NCBI GenBank assembly: GCA_964658305.1
Contig: OZ210885.1
Location: 18,600,001 to 18,664,000 of the forward strand
Length of the DNA: 64,000 bases
From: Leptogorgia sarmentosa
Taxonomy: Eukaryota
Reading direction: 5' to 3'
Part shown: positions 47,060 to 59,965 of the stretch, one piece after another
Position numbering within the stretch: the first letter of the stretch is position 1
Layout of the letters: each line of letters opens with the position of its first letter
Translations under genes and position numbers: made by a program
Notes under the pieces: model-generated
Told to the model about the DNA's origin: nothing
The model's input: the letters and a program-made list of their open reading frames with translations, nothing else
Database searches by the model: none

Positions 47060-50000
47060 CCCGTATACACTCCATTGTATGCTGGATTCATGAGCAAGTA
47101 CATCAAGGATGCCTTGCCACTTCAACGAATTTGCTACATGGACCCAATTTCTCGATCGCCCACCAACAATGATGTGGTAAAAGAAACGATGATCCGAACC
47201 ATGAATGTTGCAAATGAAACAGGCCAAGATTATGCGGTTGTCACCTATGATTTGCAGGTTGCATTGAAAGCCTACTCAATACAAGCAATCGAAGCCCCAT
47301 TGTTCGACAAACTGTTGATAATGCTAGGCAATTTCCACATCGAGTTGGCTTTCTATGGAGCAGTTGGTACACTCATTAAGGAAAGTGGAATGGAATTTAT
47401 CCTCACCGAAGCCGACATATTAGCCGAAGGTTCGATGATGGGATTTATCAAGGGGAAGTTCTACAACAGATGCACCAGGATCCACGAGCTAATTGCCAAT
47501 GTCTTGGAGGAGAAACTGTATGAACGCTTTCTATTTGACGCACCTGAAGAGGACCACGATTCCTTCCAAGAAGTGATGTCTACTGTACCTTTAGACCCTA
47601 GACTAGCAGAGGAACATTTATCCAAACCAGTTGTCACCGATCATCTTCAGAAATATGAAGACTACTTCCAGTCGGTGCTCGACGGAAATCTTGGGTCAAC
47701 AGCGCAGTTCTGGGCCATTTACATCTTCCTAATCAATCGCCTCCACAGAGAACTGCAGAGATGTGTAAAGACGAATGACGTTGATGGCTACATTTGTGTA
47801 TTCCCAACGATACTGTCAGTGTTCTTTGCCCTAAACCGACCAAATTACGCCAGATGGGGAACCCTTTTTCTGCATAAGTTGAAAAGTGCAGGCCAGAAGT
47901 TGCGTGACGTATTACAGAACGGTGCATTTTCTATCAGACGTACTAAAAAGAATTACAACCGATCCGCTGTTGATCTCTCCTTGGAGCAGACAGTAAACCG
48001 TGGTGCTGCTTCTAGAATGAAGGGAATCGTGTCTTTACGAAATTCAGAGAAGGCAATGCGCCGCTGGTCATTAAACATGACCCAGCGTGCTACGGCAGTC
48101 ACTGAGCTGAGAACATTCGCTGGGCTTGAAATGGGAGAAACTGTAACATCCCAATGCCGCCCCTCAAGAATCAAAAGAGACAACAATCAAATGGCTGAAC
48201 TGAGTACAAAAATTGACGAATTCTGTAATCCATTCAGAGATGATGCTCCAACGTCCCTGGTGAACATTGCAACGGGTCAAGTAGCATCAAAACCTACTGA
48301 ATCATATCTGATCAATACACTGAAACGGGGTGAAGATGAAAGAGACAAGTTTCAAGACGAATGGAAGAAGGACAACAATCGATTTCTACAACCAGTGAAA
48401 CGCACGCGTGTACAGAACTTCGCTGCTCAAAACGCGAAGAAGCAATCCAAGCTACCCACTTTAGGGAAAGCCAAGGCAAATGCTGAGATCCTGAGGGACA
48501 TGTTTGTACGAATGATCATTGTAGTTTCAGAGAAGACAGCATTTGACCTTCGAAAGATTATCTCCTACCCAATTACAACGTACCCACTGTCACTTGCACA
48601 CTGCGATGGGTCGCATATGAAAACCGAAAAATCGTCACTGCTGAGGAAGCTCGAGTCCCTACAGACGCAAACAATCAAAGACGAAGAATTGCCGACAAGT
48701 TACGTGAAGGTCTATGATGGGGGACTCCTTCTACATTCCGTCCTTTCGCAAACAGCTGTGGGAGCATCTTATGCATCAATGGCTCGGGCCATGCTGTCAG
48801 TGGTATGTTCAGGGAGGGTTAGTGAAGTACATGTTTGCCTGGACAAGTATGTGGAGAACTCCATAAAGGACAGCGAGAGAAAGTTGTGGGGTGCAGTTGA
48901 CTCAGCGTATTCAATAACCGGGCCAGAACAGAAGATCAGACAAAGCGGGAAAAAACTTCTCACAAATGGAGTTTTCAAGAATGAATTTGCCCAGTTTCTC
49001 TTAAAGGAGTGGAAGAAAGGTAACTACTGGAACATCTTTGGTGGAACGACCGTCATTGCTTCTTACGGCGGCGAATGTTATCAGTACATCCCCAATGAGC
49101 TTCATGAAATCAACGTAATCTGCCCACTACATCTCCAAGGCAACCATGAAGAGGCAGATACCTTGATTGCTTTCCACATTGCAAATATTACAGCAGACAA
49201 TGTCATAGTGAGAGCATCCGACACTGATATCTTAGTTATACTTATTGGCGTTATTGGCCAAGAAAGCCGAGAAGACAGAACGATAGCCGGTATTATCATG
49301 GATTGTGGCATGGGAAATAGCAGGAGATATATCAATGTGACCAACATTGCTGACGTCCTGGAAGAGCGCAAATCTGGACTTCCAAGAGCACTGCCTGGAT
49401 ACCATGCCTTCACTGGGTGTGACTTCACGTCGGCTTTTTACAGGTAAGAATGACAATAATTTATTTTTGTATAAGACGTTTTTGAAAAGTTTGTCGGAAG
49501 TTGTCTGGAAGAATGGGAAATACATTGATATTTCATACTATATACTGTTTCAGAAAAGGAAAAACTAAACCACTTACCATCGTTGAGAGGGACAAGACCA
49601 ACTCCTACGTTGACCTTTTCATAAGTATGGGTGACGTGAACAGCGTTGTTGATCTGGATGTCGCATCCGAATTTGTATGCTGTGTGTACGCACAAAGCAG
49701 TACTCAAGATGTCAATGAAGCACGATACAAGAAACTGATGCAAATGACTGGCAAAGTTGATCAGGTGATTAAAATGAGAACCATAATAAACTTAAATCAA
49801 GTTAAACCGAAATAACTGTACTAACAGGAAACCATGTTTTTTGAGTCGTACAACAAGCTCGTTCCGAAAAAAACACTTCGTAATAGCTCTAATCAATTTA
49901 TATTAATATTCTATTTCATTACTTTTAGGAGAATCCACTGGCAAACATCAAGAAGATAGATTGCTCCTTGTTGCCACCTTCTCGCCCAGCCCTTGAGATG

Positions 50001-50303
50001 AAGATTCGGCGTACGCAGTATGTTACAGCTTTGTGGACACATGCCACGACTGCATATCCCGAGGAAGGTTTGTCACCAACCGATTATGGATGGTATGTGA
50101 ATGACAACCTTCTAATGCCAATCTGGTTCGAAGGGCCCACCGTACCAGACAGCTTGTTTGCAAACGACAGTAACAACCCTGATGAAATGCCGGTCGAAGA
50201 TGGTTTTGATTTGGAAGAAGAAACTCTCGATGGACTGAGTGATTCTGACGGAGAAGCATGGAGTGAAGAGTCAGATTCAGAGGAAGACGATGACGACTAT
50301 TAA
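47060..50303 (+). CDS. Academ transposase C-terminal part with XPG/PIN-like nuclease; three exons
   Basis: VTYDLQVA, LGNFH, NYARW, DLSLEQTVN, HEEADT, ASDTD, HAFTGCD; introns 49444-49553 and 49765-49928 give FYR|KGK and DQ|ENPL in frame. Confidence 0.85.
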
Positions 50304-51732
50304 CAGACAACAACTCCAGATAATTTGTTAAATTTGTTGTTGATTATATCTGCATGTTTCCATTTATATTCACTACACAATGGTAAGCTTAACTTTTTTA
50401 GGTCACTTAAATAAGTTCTATAACCCAAAAGCTCAACCAAAACTTAATGTGATCTAGCTCAGTTAATTTTAAAGTTGTCAGTCCAGAGTCGTCTGGCGGG
50501 CCCACCCCAACGCTGAAATTGTCTGGCAATAGTCATTGATAAACAGCGCCATGATGAACATTTTCCAGTAAGTTTTATCAGGTTAACTCTCCAGCTGATC
50601 TAGCTGAATTTTGAAAATTTTAAAGTTGTCAGTCCAGAGTCGTCTGGCCGGCCCACCCCACCGCTGAAATTGTCTGGCAATAGTCATTAATGATAAATAG
50701 GGTCATGATGAACATTTTTAAGTAAGTTTCATCAGGTTAACTCTCCAGCTGATCTAGCTCAAATTTAGGGTTTCTTTATCATGCCCCCCTGACCACATCC
50801 ACCACTATCTGCCTGCCAGACACCTGTTTCCTTGTATAACCATGTATATGGAATATTGCTATATGCATGAAAATTGGTTAACTTTCCAGCTAGGCTCAAC
50901 CCTGCTGGCTCCCGGTCTAGTAGCATGCTGAGTTTACCTTCAGGAAAATCTTCGTTCTTAACACCATCTGCCAATGCTATATACTCAAGGAACAATTGGG
51001 GGGCCTGTTTCTCCACATGCCCAACAGGTTGGCTTGTCAGGAAAGATGGAAATTGCCCTTCATTGATTTCTAGTGACCTGTAAACAGGACGTTCTCAGCT
51101 ACTTTCCGATGTCTTTTCAGAAGGGACAAAATCCCCAAAACCTCCTGCTAAGAGAATCAAGCTGATCCTTTCTCCATCTGACTAAATCATTAAAGGTCAA
51201 CTAGTGCATCAAACATCCCTTGTTTTTAATGGTAATCACTTCAGTGCTTCACCATTCCGATGCATTTATGACCTCCCAAAAGGAATCATGTTTTGCATGG
51301 ATTTCAAGCACATAATGCAATTCCTCGGGAGTCTGTACCTTATCAAGCTCCTCCAACAACTCCAAGAGTGTAGCATTACTTCACTCCTACAAATATATTC
51401 CTTAGATATGGGCAAGTTTGAATTGTCACCAAGAAGATAGTCGACTACCCATTCTGCCAGAAAAGGGAACCTGGGACCACCCTGTAGAACCGAGTGAGCT
51501 ATCAATGCTCTGACTACCTCAAAATGAACACCTTTCCTTCCAATGCTTCTCCAGGGAATTAAACCCAATTCACCCTCAACACAATGGCTCATCACAACAC
51601 AAGGGAAAGAATTCATTACGTAAAGCACTGGCATCAATCCCCATCTCGCCTGAACCAACAGTTTAGGTCTTTGTTTCATACCAGACTTTGAAACAATGTA
51701 ATTTGAAGCAAAATGAAGAAAGTTACAATTAA

Positions 51733-52938
51733 CTATGGAGGATTAAATTGATGTCTTTGTGCATATTGATCTAGCAAGGAGGGTTCTGTCTCAATAATGT
51801 TGTTTCGGAGAGTCTTAACTTTACGAGATCCTTCAAGAGAGGTGGTTATAACTTGGAATGATGAACTGAATAGGTTTATTGACAGCAATTGGTGCATAAC
51901 CTCTTGAAAACTCATATCACGCTGGCCAACTGCTGTCATCATTAGTTGTTTGATCGTCTTGTTTGGATTAGATTCATTGTCTAGTTTTCTAACGACAGAG
52001 ATAAATGCATCCCTGACAACAGTTGATATTTTTTCACCGTTAGATGCATACTTTGCAAGGTATTCTAGACACACATGGTGGTCAATTACTATTTGAATAT
52101 CACAATTTGCACGCCAACCTTGCAATTGCAACTGTTGGTGTTGATTTAGTCTCGAATCATTTCTTTTTGTAACTATTTTAGCTTTATACTTGGAGGAGCC
52201 ATCTTTTGTATGAACTTGCTCAAATTCTAAATGTGTGTTTGAACTGCACTCAATTGGATAACCAAACCTACAGTACTGTGTTCCATCATCTGCTTGTTTT
52301 AAACAATAAGCCGAGCTGCATTGTGTGTACCTTTGTACTGTGTTTAATAGGTCACAATAGTCTTGTTCCCATTCTTTGTCACTGATTTCGGAAAAGCATT
52401 TTTTTGAAGGGTGTACAGCAGGCCTTGTCCACTGTTGAACATCTGGATGCAAAGGGTTTAGAGTTGACACAAGGGAGTCAACATAGTTACAAATTCGTTG
52501 TTCTGCTTCTTGTCCTTGTGTAATGTCAGAATTTATTAGCTGCAAATCTTGTCAGAAACTTTACCTAATTTTTTTTTGGATTTTTTTGAGAGGCGAGAAA
52601 GCCCTTCAATGCAACTTGAGTTAGGTCACATAAATCAGGATCATTGTCTAGTTTTGCTAAACCATGGCAATGAATTTGACCCTCTTTGAACTGCAAATTC
52701 ATACCGACACCAATGCCATGATGCATGCAATGATTCACTTAACCACCATTTCACAAAACGGTGTGTCTGTTGGGTAAAAAACCAATCAAGAATATGTGGA
52801 TTATTTAATCATTATCTCTAAAATTATTCTTGTCACTTTCATCAGACAACATTGAATAAAATTCTGGCCAACGAAAATCAGCACATGACAAAGTCCAGAA
52901 TATAGTTGGGCCACCAACCTGTTGTAACTGCGAGCTCA
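51733..52938 (-). pseudogene. Third Helitron Rep fragment
   Basis: [43 protein letters not shown]. Confidence 0.85.
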
Positions 52939-55900
52939 TTAACTTATGCGCTAGGCACCATGCCACTCACAGCCTAAGGGAAAAAACGCTTTTAGGCGCG
53001 AGGGAAAGAGTGCGATGTGCGAACTGCAGTTGTGAAGCTATACGAAGGATATTGTTATTATTAAAACTACTTGTTTCCGTCAAGTTACTGGATTATTAAA
53101 GACCATTATATTGAATCATTGTCCATTGCTTGTCAGTATAAGACAATAAACAAATCCTGGCAACGTGGGTAATCTTGAGGGCATATTGAAATTGTTTAAA
53201 TACTGTGCGAAGTTCGTGCCAGGAGTTACAGTAAAACAAATCTCTACACGTCCAAGAGTTCCAGAATATGTTGTAAATGGTGTAGTCTCATTGGACAGTG
53301 AGTATCTGTAGCGAATTTTGCGTATTTCTCGACATATTTCAAGCAAATAAATTTCTAATTCGTAAACAAGACGTGCGGTGCTGACGCCATCATTAAAATG
53401 AGCAAGGAAAATGCGGTTATTGATCGCGAAAATTTATGCGAAAATCCGGAAATTGTCGAGCTTAAAGGCCAAGGCCACAATGGCCCAACAAAGAGAAGAG
53501 CTAGCTGAAGAACATAGAAGGGCTCTACAGGGTGTATCAATAAAAACGCAATCCAAGTTTAAGGCTTTATAACCAAAATAATATAGATTTCCATGTCTTA
53601 ACTTTTAGTTCATGTTTTAGCCCTATCTTTTTTCTACTCAATAAGTGGTTGATTGTGACTTTTTAGGCCATTTAGGACTTCAAAATAAGTGATTTACTGC
53701 AAGCAGTAATTTTGAGATGCTTCTAATTCGACGTTCTTAATGCCGAAGGGGACGTTATCGTTGCATGCGAATATTTTGTTTGAAATATTTTCGCGAAATA
53801 ATTTTAAAGTCTTAGGCATCATGCCACAGCTCACTACAGCAGAAATAACTTTTATTGTTGAAGGTTACTTTGTAACAAAAAGTATTCAGGAAGTTTTAAG
53901 ATTGTTTCGAATAGCTTTCCCGGATCGACAAGTCCCAAATTCGACGACCGTTTGGCGTAACGTACTTAAATACCGGCAGATACAGCTTGAAGCAGATGCT
54001 TTACATGGAAATCATGAACTAATAAGAAGAGTTATGGGAAATGCAACGTCGAAGTGATTTGTGTGTGGTGAGAAAGCCAGGCCACGTTGAATGATTGTAA
54101 CCAACTAAAGTTAAATTTTTAATAAATTCAAGCTATCTCAAATTTTAAATTGTCCAATCACACTTACTAAAAATATGATTACTCGCTCATTTCCAACTCA
54201 AATTTAACAAACAAGCAGTCTTAAGAAAGCGGAATGATAGAGCTTTCTAACGGTGGTAAATATAGCCTATTTTCTAATACTTTTCGTTATGAAAATTGCA
54301 TTTGAACGTAGGATTGCGTTTTTTTTTATACACCCTGTAGAAGAACTCGAAAGCAAGAAACTCAAACGATTCGAAGAAGAATTTACATCATTAGCCCTGC
54401 CAGAAAATGAAGAAATAGGTGCCGAAGAACGTGTGATCAACTTTCTGGGGCCCCAGTCGAATACACCAAAGGAGGATAGTCAGGTGCCAATAAACCCAAC
54501 GAATGTAGAGCCCATAGCACAAAGTAAAGAACCAACCGTCTGACCGTCATCCTTTGACCCAACACTCCCTGCATTCACCACCCGTAACACGCCATCTGTT
54601 CCTGTGGATTCTCACAACGTTACAACTACAAGTGAGAGAAACAACGAGACCAACTCCCCTCCTACGAATTCTAACATAGTGCAAGCCCAACTTCAAACGC
54701 AATTTCAAAGCTACTGGAGGTTCAAAACCTAAATCGCCTGCCTCTTCCCGAACCCGGTACGTTCAGCGGTGACCCTCTGCAGTTCCTAATCTGGTTGAAG
54801 GCCTTCGAGACACTCATTGAAAGCCGAACGACGAATTCAGCCGAGCGACTCCACTTTCTGGGGAACTACGTCACAGGTGAAGCCAAGGACTTAATTAAAG
54901 GATTGATGCTCCTAGACAGGGACGACGCATATCAGAAGGCTAAGAAGACACTGACCAAGCGTTTTGGCGACTCCTTCGCCGTTGCAGCAGCCTTTCGTAA
55001 GAGCCTGGAAGCCTGGCCACCAATAAGCCCGAACGATGCGCAAGAGTTAAGAAAATATGCTGACTTTCTAGTGCAATGCGAGAAAGCCATGGAAAAGAAC
55101 AGTAGCCTGCGAGTCCTAAACGACGATCAGGAAAATCACAAGCTAGCTTCCAAATTACCACGATGGGCGTCCATCAGATGGGGACGACTTGTCTTTGACT
55201 GGAAGGAAAGGAACTGCAGCTTTCCACCGTTTTCCGAGTTCGTAATTGACAACCAATTGTACGAAGACATGCCTCAAGAACGACGCAAACCAACACCAAA
55301 TCAGTTCGATGATTGTGCCTGTTTGGGTGAGCCACGTGAGTAATCCCAAGGAACAGAGACTCGTGTACGCCCTCCTCGACGATCAATCCGACACAACCTC
55401 CATCTCGCAAGAAACATTATGGGAGCCCGCAATGAATTGAAGAAGGCCCTGATGGAACTGAACAAGGACACCGTGCAAGACTTCCTATTAAGAAACGAAT
55501 GCGATTGGATAGAATTCCGAACCAATGTTCCGGTCGCCAGTTCGATGATTGTGCCTGTTTGGGTGAGCCACGTGAGTAATCCCAAGGAACAGAGACTCGT
55601 GTACGCCCTCCTCGACGATCAATCCGACACAACCTCCATCTCGCAAGAAACATTAACTCACTTGAACGTCAGCGGACCGAAGACACAGCTTTCCCTCTCG
55701 ACTATGCACGCAGAGGACTAGCCAGTACCGAGCCATAGAATCAAGGGCCTCGTAGTCTGCGATATGAAGCACAACATTGAGATTCAACTTCCAACGAGTT
55801 TCTCCTGCGCCACAATACCAGCAAGGCGAAGTCAGATCCCTAATCCAGAAATGACTGAGAAATGGCCTTACCTGCAACCCATCACTCTTTACCTGATGCA

Positions 55901-57534
55901 TCCTCAGAACGATATCGAAGTCGGCCTATTAATTGGTTCTAACTGCCCTTGAGCGATTATGCCAAAGGAAATCATCCCTGGTCAACGAGATGACCCGTAC
56001 GCACAACAAACAAATTTGGGATGGGGAATAATCGGAAACATTGGTGAAACTAAGGAAACGAACAATGACAGCCCTATGGCGTTTGTCCATCGAGTAATTG
56101 TGTGCGACCCTTCGAACAACGATTCCTCACCTTGCCATTAAGCCATCTGTGAAGGAACTAGTTAACCCGGCTCAGTTGCGTCGAATGTTGGAGTTGGACT
56201 TTTCTGAAGGGAACGTACCTGGTCCACCAATGTCTCAAGAGGACAAAAGATTCCTATCGAAGATGGAGCAAGGTGCCTATCAAGAAGAAGATGGCCACTA
56301 CATCATGCCTCTTCCGTTTCGAGAGTGGATGCCATAGATGCCTAACAATAGATCGCTTGCCTTGCATAGACTGTCCAAACTACGAACACGCTTGGAGAAC
56401 GACCAGAAATACCGGAAGGATTATAACACATTTATGAATGACCTTATTGCGAAGGGGTACGCAGAGCCAGTTCCTGAAAACAAGCTACACAACGAGGACG
56501 GCAGTACTTGGTATATTCCGCACCATGTGGTATATCACCCACGAAGATTCAGAAAACGAAAGGCGGTCCTGAAGAAAACCGGCTCACTCTACCATCTAGA
56601 TGCCTTCCTCAACGACGAAGGAATCCTCCGAGTTGGCGGACGTCTGACTCGAGACAACACTCCATACTATGTTAAACATCCCATCATTCTCCCACGAAAG
56701 GGCCACATCACTGAACTGGTAATCCGACACTACCACGAACGAATAAGCCACCAAGGATTGGATCAAGGCACGAACCTTATGGGAGCCCGCAATGAATTGA
56801 AGAAGGCCCTGATGGAACTGAACAAGGACACCGTGCAAGACTTCCTATTAAGAAACGAATGCGATTGGATAGAATTCCGAACCAATGTTCCGGTCGCCAG
56901 TCACATGGGCGGCGTCTGGGAGCGACAGATAAGAACCACTCGAAATATCCTGAACGCACTGCTAAACCAGTCGGGAACCCAGCTCAACAACGAGTCACTC
57001 CGTACATTCATGTTCGAAGCGGAGGCCATAGTTAACAGCCGCCCATTGACAACTGACAACTTGACCTAACCCAGCGAAGGCGAACCACCTACCCCGAACC
57101 ATCTTGTTACCATGAAGTCTCGCGTCGTTCTACCACCACCCGGAGTATTTCAAAGGGAGGATATGTATCTCATGAAGCGTTGGCGTCGGATGCAGTACTT
57201 GGTGAATCAGTTTTGGTCACGCTGGCGCAAGGAATACTTGTCTTCGTTAACTTATGCGCTAGGCACCATGTCACTCGCAGCGTAAGGGAAAAAACGTTTT
57301 TAGGCACGAGGGAAAGAGTGCGATGTGCGAACTGCAGTTGTGAAGCTATACGAAGTTGTTATTATTAAAACTACTTGTTTCCGTCAAGTTACTGGATTAT
57401 TAAAGACCATTACATTGAATCATTGTCCATTGCTTGTCAGTATTAGACAATAAACGAATCCTGGCAACGTGGGTAATCTTGAGGGCATATTGAAATCGTT
57501 TAAATACTGTGCGAAATTCGTGCCAGGAGTTACA
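52939..57534 (+). mobile_element. BEL/Pao LTR retrotransposon, heavily deleted and rearranged
   Basis: ~290-bp direct repeats at 52939-53230 and 57246-57534 ending GTTACA; FSGDPL, ALLDDQSD, WYIPHH, LRVGGRL, SHMGGVWER, NSRPL. Confidence 0.9.
53528..54337 (+). mobile_element. Second copy of the deleted Tc1/mariner element, inserted in BEL gag
   Basis: TA|CAGGGTGTAT...ATACACCCTG|TA; near-identical to the reverse complement of 8775-9585. Confidence 0.92.
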
Positions 57535-57619
57535 CCTGTGTTATAGTAGCTTTAAGATCTTCTCTTACATGATTCCAATATGCATTTGTTCCAGTGACAT
57601 TTTTAGCATAGTGCATTTA

Positions 57620-58590
57620 AGAAGTTTGCACACCTTAGAGACATTGCTGAAGAGATACCTCCCATAGATGATCAGGCAGAAATCCATCTTTTAATAGGCC
57701 GAGACGCACCCGAGCTGATGAAAATTAGGGGATTTCATAACAGGCCTAGAGGTACACCTTGGGCCCATCAACTAGCACTAGGATGGACAATCATTGGACA
57801 GATTTGTTTGAATCGTCATGGTGGTCCCGTTCATATAACTACACAGCGCACTGTAATCCGCGAACCCATTAAGAAGGAAGGTTTACTTCCATTTGAACAG
57901 ACAATGAAGACACGAGCCAGACATGAGCTGCTACTGTGCCCGAATAAGTTTGTGGTGAAAGACGCCTACGACAACATAGAGAGAACAGTCACCGATGCTT
58001 TTCATCAAACTGAACACGACAGCGAAGCCAGTTTATCCGTAGAAGACCGTTATTTCGAAGAGATAATGAAAGATGGAATACACAAGAACGAAAAGGGTAA
58101 TTCGGAGATGCCTCTACCTCTCCGATCAAAAAATGCTTTTTTCCCTAATAACAAAGATTTAGCTATCTCACGCCTGAAAAACCTATTGTCAACTTTGCAG
58201 AAGAAACCAGAAATGTCGAGGCACTACGTTGTTGACGATTTCTACGTAGATGACGGCCTCACCTCGTGTCCAACAGTCGAACAAGCTACTGACCTCGTTT
58301 TAAGCACCCGAGCAATGTTGGGCACGGCCCATTTTACGAGTGCACAAGATAGCGTCCAATTCTTTGGCCGTAATGAGCGTGATATCATCTGAAGATCGAG
58401 CTGAGAAATTCAAGGATCTCAACCTCCAGAAAGACCCCGTACCAGTCCAACGAGCCTTAGGCGTCTCTTGGAATTTAGCGAAAGACTGCTTCACCTTTGT
58501 TATCAACGCGCCAGAAAAGCCATTCACCAGACGCGGAGTACTCTCCATTGTCAATTCTATTTACAACACTCTTGGACTTCCTCTTTACCA
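57620..58590 (+). pseudogene. Fragment of a second BEL/Pao pol
   Basis: LLIGRD, LGWTIIG, MPLP, FYVDD, RALGVSW, TRRGVLS. Confidence 0.85.
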
Positions 58591-59214
58591 GGCTGAGGAA
58601 CCAACTGACTATTCACAGCATTCACGTTATGGTCAATAACGCCGTTTTCCTCATCGCTGTGTTGTTGTATGCAAATTTGATCGCTCGGGCTTAACTGGTC
58701 ATTGTCTTCGATAATAACAACATCATTTACCTGTATGCATCTTTGGTCATCTGAACTCAACTCTTTGCACACACCTATAACTTGATTTTCAGACAGGAAT
58801 AAAACTAGCTGGTGTGTGATTTCAAGAAGTGTTTTCACTGACTCCTCATCAGGCTCATCTTCGGAAATTTAAAATCCATCATCGCACGCCTCGGCAATTT
58901 CCCCATTATTAGGAATACTAATATCTTTGGCAAAACCCAGTGGTGACAGTGGAGAAGTCAGAGGGCAACATCTTGGACTCGCGGTGAAAGAGAAACTCCC
59001 TGAAGAGCATGTCCAAGAGTACAAGTTTTGGTTGCACGAGCAGAGGTAGCTTTGAGAAATTGGGTGAATGGATTGACACTAGAGTTTGGATAAATATCCA
59101 ATTTATGCAAAGCTATAAATTGTGGTTAATGGAGTAATATGTTCAAGAAGATCTTATTTATGCCTCAAACGTCTGGTCAGTTATTAGCATAATTTCTTAC
59201 ACGTACTAAATTTC

Positions 59215-59965
59215 AGGCCTCCCTTCACACAATGCACGCTGACGCTGCGGGTTTGGTCGGTTTCGGCGGTTATTTAGCGGGACAATGGTTTCAAGGCCGC
59301 TGGTTGCCTGAGCAAACTATCAATAAAAAATCCGGTATTTCCATTGTCTGGCAAGAACTGTACCCAATTTACCTTGCTTGTCGTCTCTGGGGCACCCAGT
59401 GGACAACTAAATGCATTATGTTTTTCTGCGACAATGAGTCTGTCGTTCACATTCTAAACCAAAAGACGTCAAAAAGTACCAAAATAATGGACTTACTACG
59501 GCCGATCGTCCTTTCCACGCTGGAATACAATTTTACGTTTACAGCCAAGCACGTGCGCGGACTTGACAATAGCATCGCTGACTCGCTCTCTCGTTTTCAG
59601 ATGGACCGCTTCAAACAATTAGCGCCGCTGGCCTCTCCCCTGCCCTGCGTCATCCCGGCTTCCATGATTCAAACCTAAAGAACCGTGTTTACGAACTTAT
59701 TCAAAATTCCTGGGCAGCATCGACAAGACAAACGTGTACAACAGGCATAAAACAATTTATTTCCTTCTGTCTCGCCAAAGGTATCGTGACACCCCGTTCC
59801 CCCTTGCTGCCCGCGACTGAAATTACCCTACTTTACTTTGTTGGTCATTTATCAAACTCTGTGTCGTATGTGACCGTTAAAACTTACCTGGCCGGTGTGT
59901 CCTACCTCCATGTAATTTTCCAAGTGCCATTCGATATGGGGAGCATGCAATTGCTCGAAAAGTGC
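59215..59965 (+). pseudogene. DIRS/Ngaro retrotransposon fragment: RNase H and N-terminus of the tyrosine-recombinase ORF
   Basis: ADAAG..GFGG, ELYPI, FCDNESVV, HVRGLDNSIADSLSR; then WAASTRQT..FISFC..PATE..LLYFV. Confidence 0.82.

Larger units (their letters stand above)
36473..47060 (-). mobile_element. Helentron B, near intact; 5' boundary approximate
   Basis: Minus-strand 3' end ...GTGCTTTCTGAAACTTTGCAC-N13-CTAG|TT at the break in the Academ ORF; full Rep-Hel-EN ORF. Confidence 0.88.
34701..50919 (+). mobile_element. Academ DNA transposon (XPG/PIN-type, AcademX) containing Helentron B
   Basis: TIRs >400 bp starting TAGACCGGGAGCC and ending GGCTCCCGGTCTA; 3-bp TSD GTA at 34698-34700 and 50920-50922; transposase fused to an XPG-like domain. 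Confidence 0.88.
34248..51700 (-). pseudogene. HECT (G2E3-like) ubiquitin ligase in three pieces: 51700-50920, 34700-34568 and 34332-34248
   Basis: IAHSVLQGGP; QLDSL; SMLL|KFTTGLWRVPPL..PKAASCSNIIYLPT|VHSSKSMFNNNMDIAL after removing both inserts. Confidence 0.8.

Noticed and set aside
50920..51700. Functional host G2E3/HECT gene
   Set aside because: Multiple stops and frameshifts, two insertions, and no N-terminal part.
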